In this document: positions 20,232 through 29,583 of the stretch, piece after piece
Numbering within the stretch: position 1 is the first letter of the stretch
Layout: each line of letters opens with the position of its first letter
Assembly: GCA_026986575.1 (NCBI GenBank)
Contig: JALSOH010000009.1
Location: forward strand, 160,001-224,000
DNA length: 64,000 nucleotides
Source of the DNA: Thermoproteota archaeon
Lineage (GTDB): Archaea > Korarchaeota > Korarchaeia > Korarchaeales > Korarchaeaceae
Direction: 5' to 3'
Made by a program: the position numbers and the translations under genes
Notes under the pieces: generated by a model
What the model was told of the DNA's origin: nothing
Databases searched by the model: none
What the model saw: only the letters and a program-made list of their open reading frames with translations

Positions 20232-22061
20232 TTACCTGACCCTCATGACTACTAACCTTCCCCTCATCCTACTCAAGAGGGTCTCAGGGAGCCTGTAGGC
20301 TTTACCTTTTAACTTACCCCTTCCGAACACAGCGACAAAGTCGTATGGTTCCGCCTCCTCGGCCAGCGAACTCTCGTCTCCCTTTATCACGAAAACCGTC
20401 ACCTCGTAGTCCCTCCTCCTGAGAATAGAAGCTACCTCCTCCAAGTGGGAGAGGGTCAGTTCTTCCAGCTGCCGCATCTCCTCCAAGTCTTCAGCCGAGA
20501 CTAGGTCCGTGAGAAACAGCCTGTGCCTCCTGTCGAAGTATTCCATGAGGACCTTGGCCGCCACCTCCGCCGGTATGCCCGGGGGAACTATCACCAGAAC
20601 CTCCATCTTGTACGCGGCTGGCTTCACCTCATCAGCGTGGAGACGCCCAGTCACCGGTAAGCCCTTCCTCGTCCTGTACGCAGAGTAGAGGAGAAGTCCC
20701 AAGACCAGCCAGAGCGTACCCAAGCTCCTCCCAATGGGGTGGAAGACCACCATGAGCACCAGTATTATCAGCGCGGCGACACTTCCGATGACACCAGTCA
20801 GTGGCTTGCCCTTCAGAGTTGGACTCTTCCAGGGTCTATAAGCTTCTCGATCCAGTTTCCTGAGTCGGAGGATGGATAGATTGACGAACACGTAGGTAAT
20901 TAGGGCGGCGAAGGTGTAAAGGTCAGCGATCTTCTCAAGACCGCCGAGGAAGGTGAGGGCCATCCCTATTCCGCCGAAAAAGAGGATGGAACGGGTGGGG
21001 GTCCTGAATCTCGGGTGGATTTGGTTGAACCAAGAGGGCATCTGGCTGTACTTCGCCATGGAGAAGACTATCCTGGAGACCCCAACCACACCAGTGTTCG
21101 CTGATGCTAGGTTGACCGTGAAGCCGGTGAACGCCACGAGATAGGATAGAGGCTCGCCCACGTAGGCTATTCGCCTTGCCATTGTCACCAGAGGGCTCTC
21201 TAGGTCTCTAGCAAGATGCTCCCAAGGCAGCATCCCCATACTGAGGATCGAGAGGCCCAAGGCGTACACGAGGACCATCAGGACTGAGAGCTTGGTCGCC
21301 AACGGGATCCACCTGTAGGGCCTCTTTGTCTCCTCCGCAGCCTGTGCGATGGAGGCTATGCCCACGTATGAGCTCATAGCCAGCGTTACCCCGTAAATGA
21401 AGTTCTGACTCCTCAGATCCATGAAGGGTATGTAAGAGACGTCGAGAGGGTGGGGAGAACCTATTTGGGTGATCTGAGAGAGGAACAGGGGGAGGGAGAA
21501 ATTGAAGAGGAGACCTAAAAGGAGGATGGCCGACTGGACTAGTAGGCTAGGGACGACCATCATCTCATTTAGGGTAGACGACTCCTTGATCCCTATTATA
21601 TTCACGATGATGAGGAATGAGATCATTATGAGGGTGGTGATGACGAGGTTCCCGACGTGGAAGGGACCCACCTGCGTCACTTCTCCTATCGAGGGAATGA
21701 AGTAGCTGAGATACCCCGCTGAAGCCATGGCGAAAAGGGTTATATCCACGGTGTAGGCTAGGAGCATCATCCACCCGGCCACGAAGCCAGCGAGGTCGTT
21801 GAAGGCTTTCATGGAGTAGACCTGAACTCCTCCAGCGTAAGGGTAAGTGGAGGCTAGCTCTGCATAGCTGAGGCCCGTCGCAACGTAAAGGATCGCCGCC
21901 AATGCGAACGCTAGGGGCGAGCCGCCAGCTGCGTAGAGGGCCACGAGTCCCAGCGCGACATATATATCGGCCCCGACGTCGGCGTAACCCATGGAGAAGG
22001 AGCCGAACCAGCCTATATCCCTCTTTAGTGCTACCCTCTCCTCCCGCCTCTCCCTCCGCAC
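20232..22061 (-). CDS. APC family amino acid permease with C-terminal USP-like domain
   Basis: About 12 TM, YAELAS.YP.AGG, AEE, SR..FSMA, HPRFRTP; soluble C-terminal domain. Confidence 0.9.
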   Translation of the reverse strand: MRRERREERVALKRDIGWFGSFSMGYADVGADIYVALGLVALYAAGGSPLAFALAAILYVATGLSYAELASTYPYAGGVQVYSMKAFNDLAGFVAGWMMLLAYTVDITLFAMASAGYLSYFIPSIGEVTQVGPFHVGNLVITTLIMISFLIIVNIIGIKESSTLNEMMVVPSLLVQSAILLLGLLFNFSLPLFLSQITQIGSPHPLDVSYIPFMDLRSQNFIYGVTLAMSSYVGIASIAQAAEETKRPYRWIPLATKLSVLMVLVYALGLSILSMGMLPWEHLARDLESPLVTMARRIAYVGEPLSYLVAFTGFTVNLASANTGVVGVSRIVFSMAKYSQMPSWFNQIHPRFRTPTRSILFFGGIGMALTFLGGLEKIADLYTFAALITYVFVNLSILRLRKLDREAYRPWKSPTLKGKPLTGVIGSVAALIILVLMVVFHPIGRSLGTLWLVLGLLLYSAYRTRKGLPVTGRLHADEVKPAAYKMEVLVIVPPGIPAEVAAKVLMEYFDRRHRLFLTDLVSAEDLEEMRQLEELTLSHLEEVASILRRRDYEVTVFVIKGDESSLAEEAEPYDFVAVFGRGKLKGKAYRLPETLLSRMRGRLVVMRVR

Positions 22062-22123
22062 GCCCCCACCCGACCGCCCATGCTCGGCACGAACGGAAGC
22101 CCATTATTAAAAGGATTAACTTT

Positions 22124-23299
22124 CTACTCCAGCTCGCTGCCCGTTGCCCACCTGTTCACTAGGAACTTGGCTAGGAAGGGAGATCCGAAGGCAGTGACGA
22201 GCGAGTAAAGTACTAGAGAAGAGTATAGGACATCATCTATCGTTCCCAGCCTCAAACCTGTTTCAGCCGCTGCTATAACGAGGCTCAGTTTGGCCCACAT
22301 TATGGTACCCATCACCACGGATCTCTTGATCCCAAGGACGTTCCTCGCCGATACGGTAACGCCCAGAACCTTTCCCAGCAGGCTCAAGATTATGAGTCCG
22401 GGGAGGAGCCATAGATTCGTCTTCAGGACAGCGTCGACCACATTTACCTTCACCCCCGTAAGGAGGAAGAATGCTGGCAGGAACAGAGCATATCCGAAGG
22501 AAGCCAGGTTTCTGAGTAGGTATTCACTGGAATATATGAGCTCCGATACCAGGACGCCAGCGAAGAAGGCGCCTATCACCCCGTGAACTCCAGAGGCCTC
22601 GGCCATGGCGGCGAATATTATCATGAGGACCATGCTGAGCCTCGTGGAGAAGTGGTACCTCCTCTCCAAGATCTGAACCTTCTCAGTCAGCTTGGAGTAC
22701 GCCTTGATCAGCTTGTAGGAAGGATAAAGGACCAGGAAGAGGAGTAGGAGGACCCAGATGGTGTCCAAGGAGAGATTCGAGCCCTCCACGAAGAAGGCGA
22801 GTAGGAACATGCTGAGCATATCGGAGACAGCGGTAGCCCCGAGCAGTAGATCGGAGAAGGATGGGTTGCTCTTTCCCCCGACTTCTAGCAGATGTCTCAT
22901 CTCGAGCACCGTCGGGAGGACCACGCCCACGGAGGTGGTAGAGGAAACTACGCCTATAAGCCAGGGGTTCACTCCGATCGCCATGCCCAGGGCGTACCCC
23001 ATCAGGAAGGGAACCATGGTGGCAGCAGTACCCACTAGGAGCGCGGTGAAGAAGTTCTCCTTGAGGAACTCAAGCTCTACCTCAAGCCCGGCCAGGAAAA
23101 GCAGGTATATAAGGCCGAAATCGAAGAGGAACGAGAACCAGGGGAGATCCGGCTGCACTAAGTTCAGGAAGGACTGCCCTATCACGATCCCCATCGCTAT
23201 CTCCACAACTACGCAGGGGACGCCCGTTTTTCTAGCTATGAGTGGGCAGATGATGGCGAGGACTCCCAACAAAGCCAGCTGGACTATCTCCGATGCCAA
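22124..23299 (-). CDS. Cation:proton antiporter (CPA2/Kef-type)
   Basis: LLFLAGLEV, STTSVGVV, VIGAF.AG, P.FF. Confidence 0.88.
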   Translation of the reverse strand: MASEIVQLALLGVLAIICPLIARKTGVPCVVVEIAMGIVIGQSFLNLVQPDLPWFSFLFDFGLIYLLFLAGLEVELEFLKENFFTALLVGTAATMVPFLMGYALGMAIGVNPWLIGVVSSTTSVGVVLPTVLEMRHLLEVGGKSNPSFSDLLLGATAVSDMLSMFLLAFFVEGSNLSLDTIWVLLLLFLVLYPSYKLIKAYSKLTEKVQILERRYHFSTRLSMVLMIIFAAMAEASGVHGVIGAFFAGVLVSELIYSSEYLLRNLASFGYALFLPAFFLLTGVKVNVVDAVLKTNLWLLPGLIILSLLGKVLGVTVSARNVLGIKRSVVMGTIMWAKLSLVIAAAETGLRLGTIDDVLYSSLVLYSLVTAFGSPFLAKFLVNRWATGSELE

Positions 23300-23311
23300 G
23301 GACTATCCCCT

Positions 23312-24172
23312 TCAGCGGGAGGTTAAGCGGTCCAGCGCCTCCAGATCAACGTACTTAGAGAGCTCCTCGTCCATGGAAAGCATGTGGGCCTCTACCAGTT
23401 GAGCGACCTTCCTGCCCAGGGGTGTGAGCTTGTAGTAAACCCCCCTCTTCGTGTCAGGCCCCTTCTCCTTCACCAAGAGCTCACCGTCCTCGAAGTAACG
23501 CTTGATGTAGTAATCCAAACTTACGATCTTGGACCTCTCGTCCTCTATTCCCTTATCTCCCCTCTTCCTCATCTTGTTCCTGATCTTCACATACTTTATT
23601 AGGGTTTGGGGGGATGCGAGCACGCCAGCCTGTTCGAGCCTGCCGACAGCGTAAAGTATGGCGAGGGAGACCTCGTTCAGCTTCCAAGTCGGGTAGGCTA
23701 TCAATTCCCTGTACCCGGCTTCGTCCAGTTCTATGGCCCTAGCGTTGAGGTAGAGAGCCAAGTGAAAGAGAGGGATCTTGAGGAATCCAGAGCATACGAC
23801 TAAGATCCTCAGCTTCCTCTGACCTCCTGAGGAGTTGATCTTCCTTATCTTCTTGGCCAGCCCCACCATAGAGGATATCACAGTGAGTTGATCCAGCGAG
23901 GGAAGTTCCTCCTCCACGACGCTTTCGGTGGAGTTTATCAGCTCGAGCTTATTCCGGAACTCCTCGTAACCCTCGCCTATCAACCCATCCTTGATCAGGA
24001 AGGCGAACCTGATCATCCTGAGGTCATCGGATACTAGTCTCTCGAACATCCTGAAATCTGTGGAGGTAGGGGCGACCAGGAGATAAAAGGAATCGGAAAG
24101 ATCGATGGCCTTCTCAGCGCTCCTGCTTAGGACCCTCTCCAGCCTCTCTAGTCCGGAGCCCCCTACCCCCAT
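23312..24172 (-). CDS. Putative transcriptional regulator, CARF-like Rossmann domain plus winged HTH (Csa3/DUF6293-like)
   Basis: Alpha/beta N-terminal domain ending ILVVCSGFLKIPLFHLALY; P...L.E....IL linker; wing GELLVKEKG...YYKLTPLGRK. Confidence 0.6.
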   Translation of the reverse strand: MGVGGSGLERLERVLSRSAEKAIDLSDSFYLLVAPTSTDFRMFERLVSDDLRMIRFAFLIKDGLIGEGYEEFRNKLELINSTESVVEEELPSLDQLTVISSMVGLAKKIRKINSSGGQRKLRILVVCSGFLKIPLFHLALYLNARAIELDEAGYRELIAYPTWKLNEVSLAILYAVGRLEQAGVLASPQTLIKYVKIRNKMRKRGDKGIEDERSKIVSLDYYIKRYFEDGELLVKEKGPDTKRGVYYKLTPLGRKVAQLVEAHMLSMDEELSKYVDLEALDRLTSR

Positions 24173-24181
24173 CAGAATCCA

Positions 24182-24197
24182 TCAAAATCAATTTTGA
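24182..24197. promoter_or_regulatory. Inverted repeat, putative operator
   Basis: TCAAAAT-CA-ATTTTGA between the regulator's start codon and its TATA-like element, in the divergent promoter shared with nurA. Confidence 0.5.
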
Positions 24198-24366
24198 CAA
24201 CTTATAACCTTTATGATTTCAGCAAACGGCTTTTACATGAAAACCCATTTCTTATATGTGTAGAGCGGTTTTGAATACAAAATTTATTCTTACCCAATGC
24301 GAAATTACTGTAATAGTACCACTTAATGGTTATAAAGGAAAACTTATGCATCACATTGATAACGCC

Positions 24367-25425
24367 ATGTCAAACCGATCGGGCAGGAGGTACAGGCTGG
24401 CTGGCGAGGAGCTCGATCCAATGATTGGACCCTATGGGAGGTATCACGAACTTCTGAGAAGTATAGCGTCGGATCTCGCCAAGAACCTCTCCAACATCAT
24501 CAAGAGAGTCGATGAAATCGCCCCAAAGCTTAGAGACGTGCTTCCCATCTTCGAGTTAAGGGGGGAAGATGCCTCTTCGGTGAGGATAGCCGCCGTGGAC
24601 GCCGGGGCTAACGGGAAGGACTTGATCTTGGGTTATCAGCCAGTGAGCGTAGCAGTAGGTGCGGTGTTCATCGGGACAATGAAGGACGGCGATCCGGTTG
24701 TGGCTACGGTGAAGCCCCCTAAATCCTACTTCGATGACGAGGAGGGCTCCAAATTTTCCTCCCTTCTGGGCTACTACCTCATGTATCGGCTGGGCATAAC
24801 CCTCTTGGAGAGATCAGATGTCCTCATCTTGGACGGTCCCCTCTTCCTCCCTAGGAATTACTACGGGCCTAGGGGGAGGGCCCACGCCAGGGCCTATTAC
24901 GAGGTCTACGATGCGACCCTCCGCTCCCTTGGGGAGCTCCTGAGGACAGCTAGGTCCATGGAGAAGATCGTGGTGGGGATAGTCAAGAGGATCAGGAGCT
25001 CGTACATCTCTGGGTGGTTTGGGTTAAGCGGCTACCCTGACTCGATGCTCGCTTCCAGCCTGCTCAGAGAGGGCGAGGCCTTGGGGCCAATTCCCATAAA
25101 CCCTAGGTGGGAGGATGTCATCACCTGGCTGAACGACACGAGGCCCTACAGGCCTTGGTCCGTGTTCTTCAAGAGGAGCTCCAAACCCACGAGGTTGGAC
25201 CTCCCGGAGTACGCACTCGACGACTCTGAATGGTTGGCTAACGTCCTCTATAGTGTTTCCGAGCCTGTTACGGGCCTTCCCATCCCGCTGATAGCTGTGG
25301 ACAGGCTCTCTAAACTGACCGACAGGCAGGCCTCCCTCATCTACAGGATGATGCTGTCTGAGATGGGCTGCAGGGACCCGGACAGGGTGGCGATGTTTTC
25401 CCTTCAGAGGGGTGAGAGCGATTGA
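24367..25425 (+). CDS. nurA: NurA family nuclease
   Basis: IAAVDAG, LILDGPL, GIVKR, GLPIPL.AVD..SK motifs; overlaps the herA start; probable ATG 24367. Confidence 0.85.
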   Translation: MSNRSGRRYRLAGEELDPMIGPYGRYHELLRSIASDLAKNLSNIIKRVDEIAPKLRDVLPIFELRGEDASSVRIAAVDAGANGKDLILGYQPVSVAVGAVFIGTMKDGDPVVATVKPPKSYFDDEEGSKFSSLLGYYLMYRLGITLLERSDVLILDGPLFLPRNYYGPRGRAHARAYYEVYDATLRSLGELLRTARSMEKIVVGIVKRIRSSYISGWFGLSGYPDSMLASSLLREGEALGPIPINPRWEDVITWLNDTRPYRPWSVFFKRSSKPTRLDLPEYALDDSEWLANVLYSVSEPVTGLPIPLIAVDRLSKLTDRQASLIYRMMLSEMGCRDPDRVAMFSLQRGESD

Positions 25426-27977
25426 ATGATGTGGTCGGCCACGTGATCTCCCGCTCCACCCCAAAGAGGATCATGTTCGTGGTTCTAAAGGGGTCTAGGG
25501 TTGGAATGGGGGATTTTTACGTGGTCAACCATCCTTGGAAGGGAGTTCCCGTCTTCCTCAGGGTCAGGGAAATCCAGACCATGAATGAGGAGGTGGACCT
25601 GGGAAGGACAGGTCTCCTAGCCAGCAGCTCGGGACTCATCTCGGACTACAGCAGTGAGCTAGAGTACGTGATAGTGGAGAGTGAGGTCTTGGGGTACAGG
25701 GATCCGGAGAGTGGTAGGATAAGGGGGCTGGAAGCTCCTCCATCCACCCTCTCACCCGTCAGGCGTCCCTCTAAGTCTGATCTGGTCTCCTTCCTTGGCC
25801 AAGGGGATGGCAGGGGCCTCCCCGTGAGGATAGGGAGGGTGAAGGGAACGTCGGTCCCGTTCCATCTGGACCTAGCCTCAGTGGCTAGGGGCCACATGTT
25901 CGTGACTGGGATGACTAGGAGCGGGAAGAGCGTTACCGAGGACACGATCGTCCTCCTCTTCAACAGGGAGAAAGGGAAGTACTTCTTAGGCCCCATAAGG
26001 AAGTTTGTGGATCCCTACCTTCCAAGGAGGGCTAGGAGGGGGATAGTGGACATGAGGGGGTGGGGATGGGAGACCCTCACCTTGGGCCCCGGGATGAGGC
26101 CAGAGTGGAGACCCATAGCGGGCGCCCTGAGGCATGTGAACGATAAGGAGATATACGAGATCGAGACGGCCACTGGGAGGAAGATCAGGGTCACTGAGGA
26201 CCATAGCCTGCTCGTCACCCCTGACGGGACTAGCGTCGTACCGGTCAAGCCCAAGACGCTTATGGCCATGAGGAGCAAGTACCTGATAGTGCCTAGGGGG
26301 GCTCCTTTACCGAAGCCCAAGTCCACCAGCTTGTACATGGACAGGCTCATAGGCATTGCCCTAGCCTCGGGGGTCCCCTACTTCGAGGGAGGGATCCTTA
26401 TAATGGATCCATCGCCTGCAGACGTGAGAGTAGCATGTATGGAGGCAGGAGTGGACTGCGAGAGCATGGGCAGGGCCGCGATACGCGCTAGGTCGGAGCT
26501 TCTCATGGACGCGGTGGCAGAGGGGCTGGCTTCGATCCTCAATCTCCCGATGAGTCACCAGCACTTCACCGGTTCCTTCCTGTATCCCCTGCCCAGCGCT
26601 CTCAAGGAGTACCTCTACAGGAGGCTCCTTCCCTACATGAACGGGAAGTCATTGGTGATGATGGAGAGCGAGGACAGGATCCTCTCGGCCTCCATACTGC
26701 TCTCATTGGTTGGGGTGACGACCCTAGAGATGTGCGAGAGGGGACTGAAGCTGGATCCAGCCACCGCCGCCATGCTCAGGGACAAGCTGGAGATGCCGCA
26801 TATGTTCGTGGAGGAGATGGATGGAGCTCTAACGCTCGGCGATCCGAGGAGGGAGACCAAGGTAGCTGAGGGAGTCATCCAGAAGGGATGGGTGGATTTG
26901 GAGAGGGTGGTCAGGGTCGAGAGGCTCTACTCGAGGCAGGAGTTCGTTTACGATCTGGATGTGCCGGGAGCCCAGAACTTCCTAGCCAACGGGATCTTCG
27001 CCCACAACAGCAGTTTCGTCTCCAGCCTCATCTCGAAGTCATCGCGGCTCCATCCTAGGCCCGGTTTCCTTGTGCTGGACAGGAGGGGGGAGTACGTCGG
27101 ACTTGCGAAGAGAGGAGCCGTGATTTACGACTACACAGCATTCCTCCCCAAGCACGGCCTAGCTAGGCCTGCTGACGTGGCGAGGAGGTTGGGATACAGG
27201 CAGGGGACTCTCTCCCACAGGCTAGTGCTCTCGGCAGCCGAGGAGGTCATGAGTGAGGGCGAGGAGCCGGACCTCCAATCCCTGATCAGGGCGCTCAGGA
27301 GGTTAGCGAGGGAGATGAGGGTCAAATCCTCCCTCGTGGCTGAAGTAGAGGCGAGGTTGAGGAGGGAGTTCCCCAACTTGGTAGCTGGGGGCGGGGGCCT
27401 CGACGTGGTCGAGGAGGTGAGGAAGAACCCCCTCGTCGTAGTGGACTTCTCCTCAGACACGAGGTACGAGGACCAATTCTATGCGGTCAGGGAGATGGTA
27501 AGGAGGCTCACCAATTACGCCGTGTCTAGGAGGAACGAGGGGGATTTCGCCCTCATCGTCGTCGTAGAGGAAGCCCAGTATCTGGTTCCGGAGAGGGGTT
27601 ACACCATAGTCGGGGATCCCTACGAGGCAGGGGCTGCTCAGGCCATAATAGAGGCGATAAGCCAGGCCGGCGGCTACAATTTGGGCTTCGTGGTGGTGAC
27701 CCAGAGGCCGGCATACGTGAGCAAGAGCGTTATAAGCCAGACCAACACGGTGGCGGCCTTCAGGTTGAGGAACGGGAACGATCAGGAGGCCATCATGAAG
27801 TACACTGAGGCGGAGGATCTCTCCAATTACTTGGCGATGCTCTCCGACCACGAAGCCTTGCTATGGGGCATGGCCAGTCCCATACCCTTCCCGGTACAGG
27901 TGGAGGTTGAAGTAGTGAGCCTGCCGGCGAAGGCCTCTAGGCCGCCAGAGGAGGCTTGGGCGCGCATGCGCGGATAA
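25422..27977 (+). CDS. herA: HerA-like ATPase (HAS barrel plus DUF87) interrupted by an intein
   Basis: VG.V HAS barrel, H.FVTGMTRSGK/S Walker A, VVVEEAQ Walker B, TQRP, SQ.NT; extein about 491 aa. Confidence 0.88.
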   Translation: MNDVVGHVISRSTPKRIMFVVLKGSRVGMGDFYVVNHPWKGVPVFLRVREIQTMNEEVDLGRTGLLASSSGLISDYSSELEYVIVESEVLGYRDPESGRIRGLEAPPSTLSPVRRPSKSDLVSFLGQGDGRGLPVRIGRVKGTSVPFHLDLASVARGHMFVTGMTRSGKSVTEDTIVLLFNREKGKYFLGPIRKFVDPYLPRRARRGIVDMRGWGWETLTLGPGMRPEWRPIAGALRHVNDKEIYEIETATGRKIRVTEDHSLLVTPDGTSVVPVKPKTLMAMRSKYLIVPRGAPLPKPKSTSLYMDRLIGIALASGVPYFEGGILIMDPSPADVRVACMEAGVDCESMGRAAIRARSELLMDAVAEGLASILNLPMSHQHFTGSFLYPLPSALKEYLYRRLLPYMNGKSLVMMESEDRILSASILLSLVGVTTLEMCERGLKLDPATAAMLRDKLEMPHMFVEEMDGALTLGDPRRETKVAEGVIQKGWVDLERVVRVERLYSRQEFVYDLDVPGAQNFLANGIFAHNSSFVSSLISKSSRLHPRPGFLVLDRRGEYVGLAKRGAVIYDYTAFLPKHGLARPADVARRLGYRQGTLSHRLVLSAAEEVMSEGEEPDLQSLIRALRRLAREMRVKSSLVAEVEARLRREFPNLVAGGGGLDVVEEVRKNPLVVVDFSSDTRYEDQFYAVREMVRRLTNYAVSRRNEGDFALIVVVEEAQYLVPERGYTIVGDPYEAGAAQAIIEAISQAGGYNLGFVVVTQRPAYVSKSVISQTNTVAAFRLRNGNDQEAIMKYTEAEDLSNYLAMLSDHEALLWGMASPIPFPVQVEVEVVSLPAKASRPPEEAWARMRG
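25929..27008 (+). mobile_element. Intein (360 aa) with a degenerate LAGLIDADG region
   Basis: Block A SVTEDT, block B GRKIRVTEDHSL, block F VYDLDVPGAQNFLANG, block G IFAHN followed by Ser; inserted at Walker A GK/S. Confidence 0.93.
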
Positions 27978-28023
27978 AATTTTAACATGCTCACTTTTTA
28001 TAGAACGGAACGGCCTAAGCCCT

Positions 28024-29544
28024 ATGAGTTCGTTCAACCCCATTCCAGAGGGGTCGAGGCGGGTCAGGATATTCGACTCGACCCTCAGCCAGGGGGAGCT
28101 GGTCCCGGGAATATCCTTCTCAACCCAAGCCAAGATGGAGATAGCCATGAACCTCGACGCCCTCGGCGTTGATGTGATAGAGGCTGGATTCCCCGCTGCC
28201 TCCGAGGGAGAGAGAAAGGCTGTTTCCGAAGTGGTCAAGGCCGTTAAGCGCATATCCAGAGCTGGCTTCTCCGCAGAGATATGCGCCTTGGCTAGGGCCC
28301 TCCCAACAGATGTGGAGCTTGCCTTGGAGACTGAGGCGGACTGCGTTCACATCTTCATGCCAGCAAGCAAGCTCCACTTAGAGAAGAGGCTTAGAATGAG
28401 CTATGAGGAGGCCTTAAATCACGTGATTGACTCGGTGAGCAAGGCAAAGTCGGGAGGAGCCGTGGTGGAGTTCACCGCCGAGGACGCGTCCAGGGCCGAT
28501 CCGGACTTCCTTTGGAGGCTCTGCAAGAGTGCCGAGGAGGCTGGGGCCGACAGGGTAAATCTCACCGACTCTGTTGGCGCGCTTACGCCAGAGGGAGCCG
28601 CTAGCATGGTTAGAGAGGCAAAGAAGCACCTCACCAAGCCCGTAAGCGTGGCCTTCTTCAACGATCTGGGAATGGCCACTGCAAATTCCGTGGCCGCGGT
28701 CCTCGCTGGGGCCGATCAGGTTCACACTTCCGTCAATGGGCTCGGACCCAAGGCGGGATTGGCCCCCTTGGAGCAGGTCGCAGTCGCTCTCAACGTGCTC
28801 GCGAAGGTAGAGACGGGCGTGCAGCTTCAGCTCCTGTCTGAGGTGAGTGAGCTTGTGGAGAGATTGAGCGGAGTGCCTATATACGAGATCGCCCCTATAG
28901 TCGGTCCCCTCACTTACACTTACGAGGCAGGCGTGCATGTCCACGCGATATCGGTTGACCCCTCCACATACGAGCTCGTCCCTCCGGAGAGGGTCGGTAG
29001 GAGGAGGCGTTTCATCGTGGGCAAACTGTCAGGCAGGACTGCCGTGGTGCAGACCCTCAGGGAGATGGGGTATGAGGTGGATGAGGCCAAGGTGGAGGAG
29101 ATACTCGCTAAGGTGAAGGAGCTGGCCGATGAAGGCGTGAGGATAACCGAGGGCGTCTTCAGGTCCATAGTGGAGGAAGTGCTCGGCGAGGGCGGGGGCA
29201 AGTGGTTCGAGGTCCTCGAATGGATGGTCGTCACTGGGAGCGGCGTGACCCCCACGGCCCAAGTGAGGGCGAGGGTAGGAGACAGGGAGCTCAGGTCCGC
29301 GTCCTTCGGCGTCGGTCCCGTGGATGCCCTAGCGAATACCATGAGATCTTTGGAGGGGGTTCCGGACTTCAAGCTCAGGAGGTTCAGGTTGAGGGCCATT
29401 TCATCCGGCACCGACGCGATAGGCGAGGTGCTGATAAGGGTTCTCGGACCTAAAGGTGAGGTGGAAGCGAGCGGGACCAGTCCAGACATACTCGAGGCCT
29501 CACTCAAGGCCTTGGAGGATTCGATAAACAAGATAAAGGGGTGA
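28024..29544 (+). CDS. LeuA/CimA-like (isopropylmalate/citramalate synthase) homologue with degenerate active site
   Basis: Clear family frame (IFD.TL..GE, GVDVIEAGFP, AEDA.R, NDLG.A.ANS, G.GPVDA, GTDA, DI.EAS) but RDGEQ>SQGEL, HCH>AFF, GERAGN>GPKAGL. Confidence 0.85.
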   Translation: MSSFNPIPEGSRRVRIFDSTLSQGELVPGISFSTQAKMEIAMNLDALGVDVIEAGFPAASEGERKAVSEVVKAVKRISRAGFSAEICALARALPTDVELALETEADCVHIFMPASKLHLEKRLRMSYEEALNHVIDSVSKAKSGGAVVEFTAEDASRADPDFLWRLCKSAEEAGADRVNLTDSVGALTPEGAASMVREAKKHLTKPVSVAFFNDLGMATANSVAAVLAGADQVHTSVNGLGPKAGLAPLEQVAVALNVLAKVETGVQLQLLSEVSELVERLSGVPIYEIAPIVGPLTYTYEAGVHVHAISVDPSTYELVPPERVGRRRRFIVGKLSGRTAVVQTLREMGYEVDEAKVEEILAKVKELADEGVRITEGVFRSIVEEVLGEGGGKWFEVLEWMVVTGSGVTPTAQVRARVGDRELRSASFGVGPVDALANTMRSLEGVPDFKLRRFRLRAISSGTDAIGEVLIRVLGPKGEVEASGTSPDILEASLKALEDSINKIKG

Positions 29545-29583
29545 ACCCCTCCTCTCCCCCTCCTCCCTCCTTATCCATCCCCG

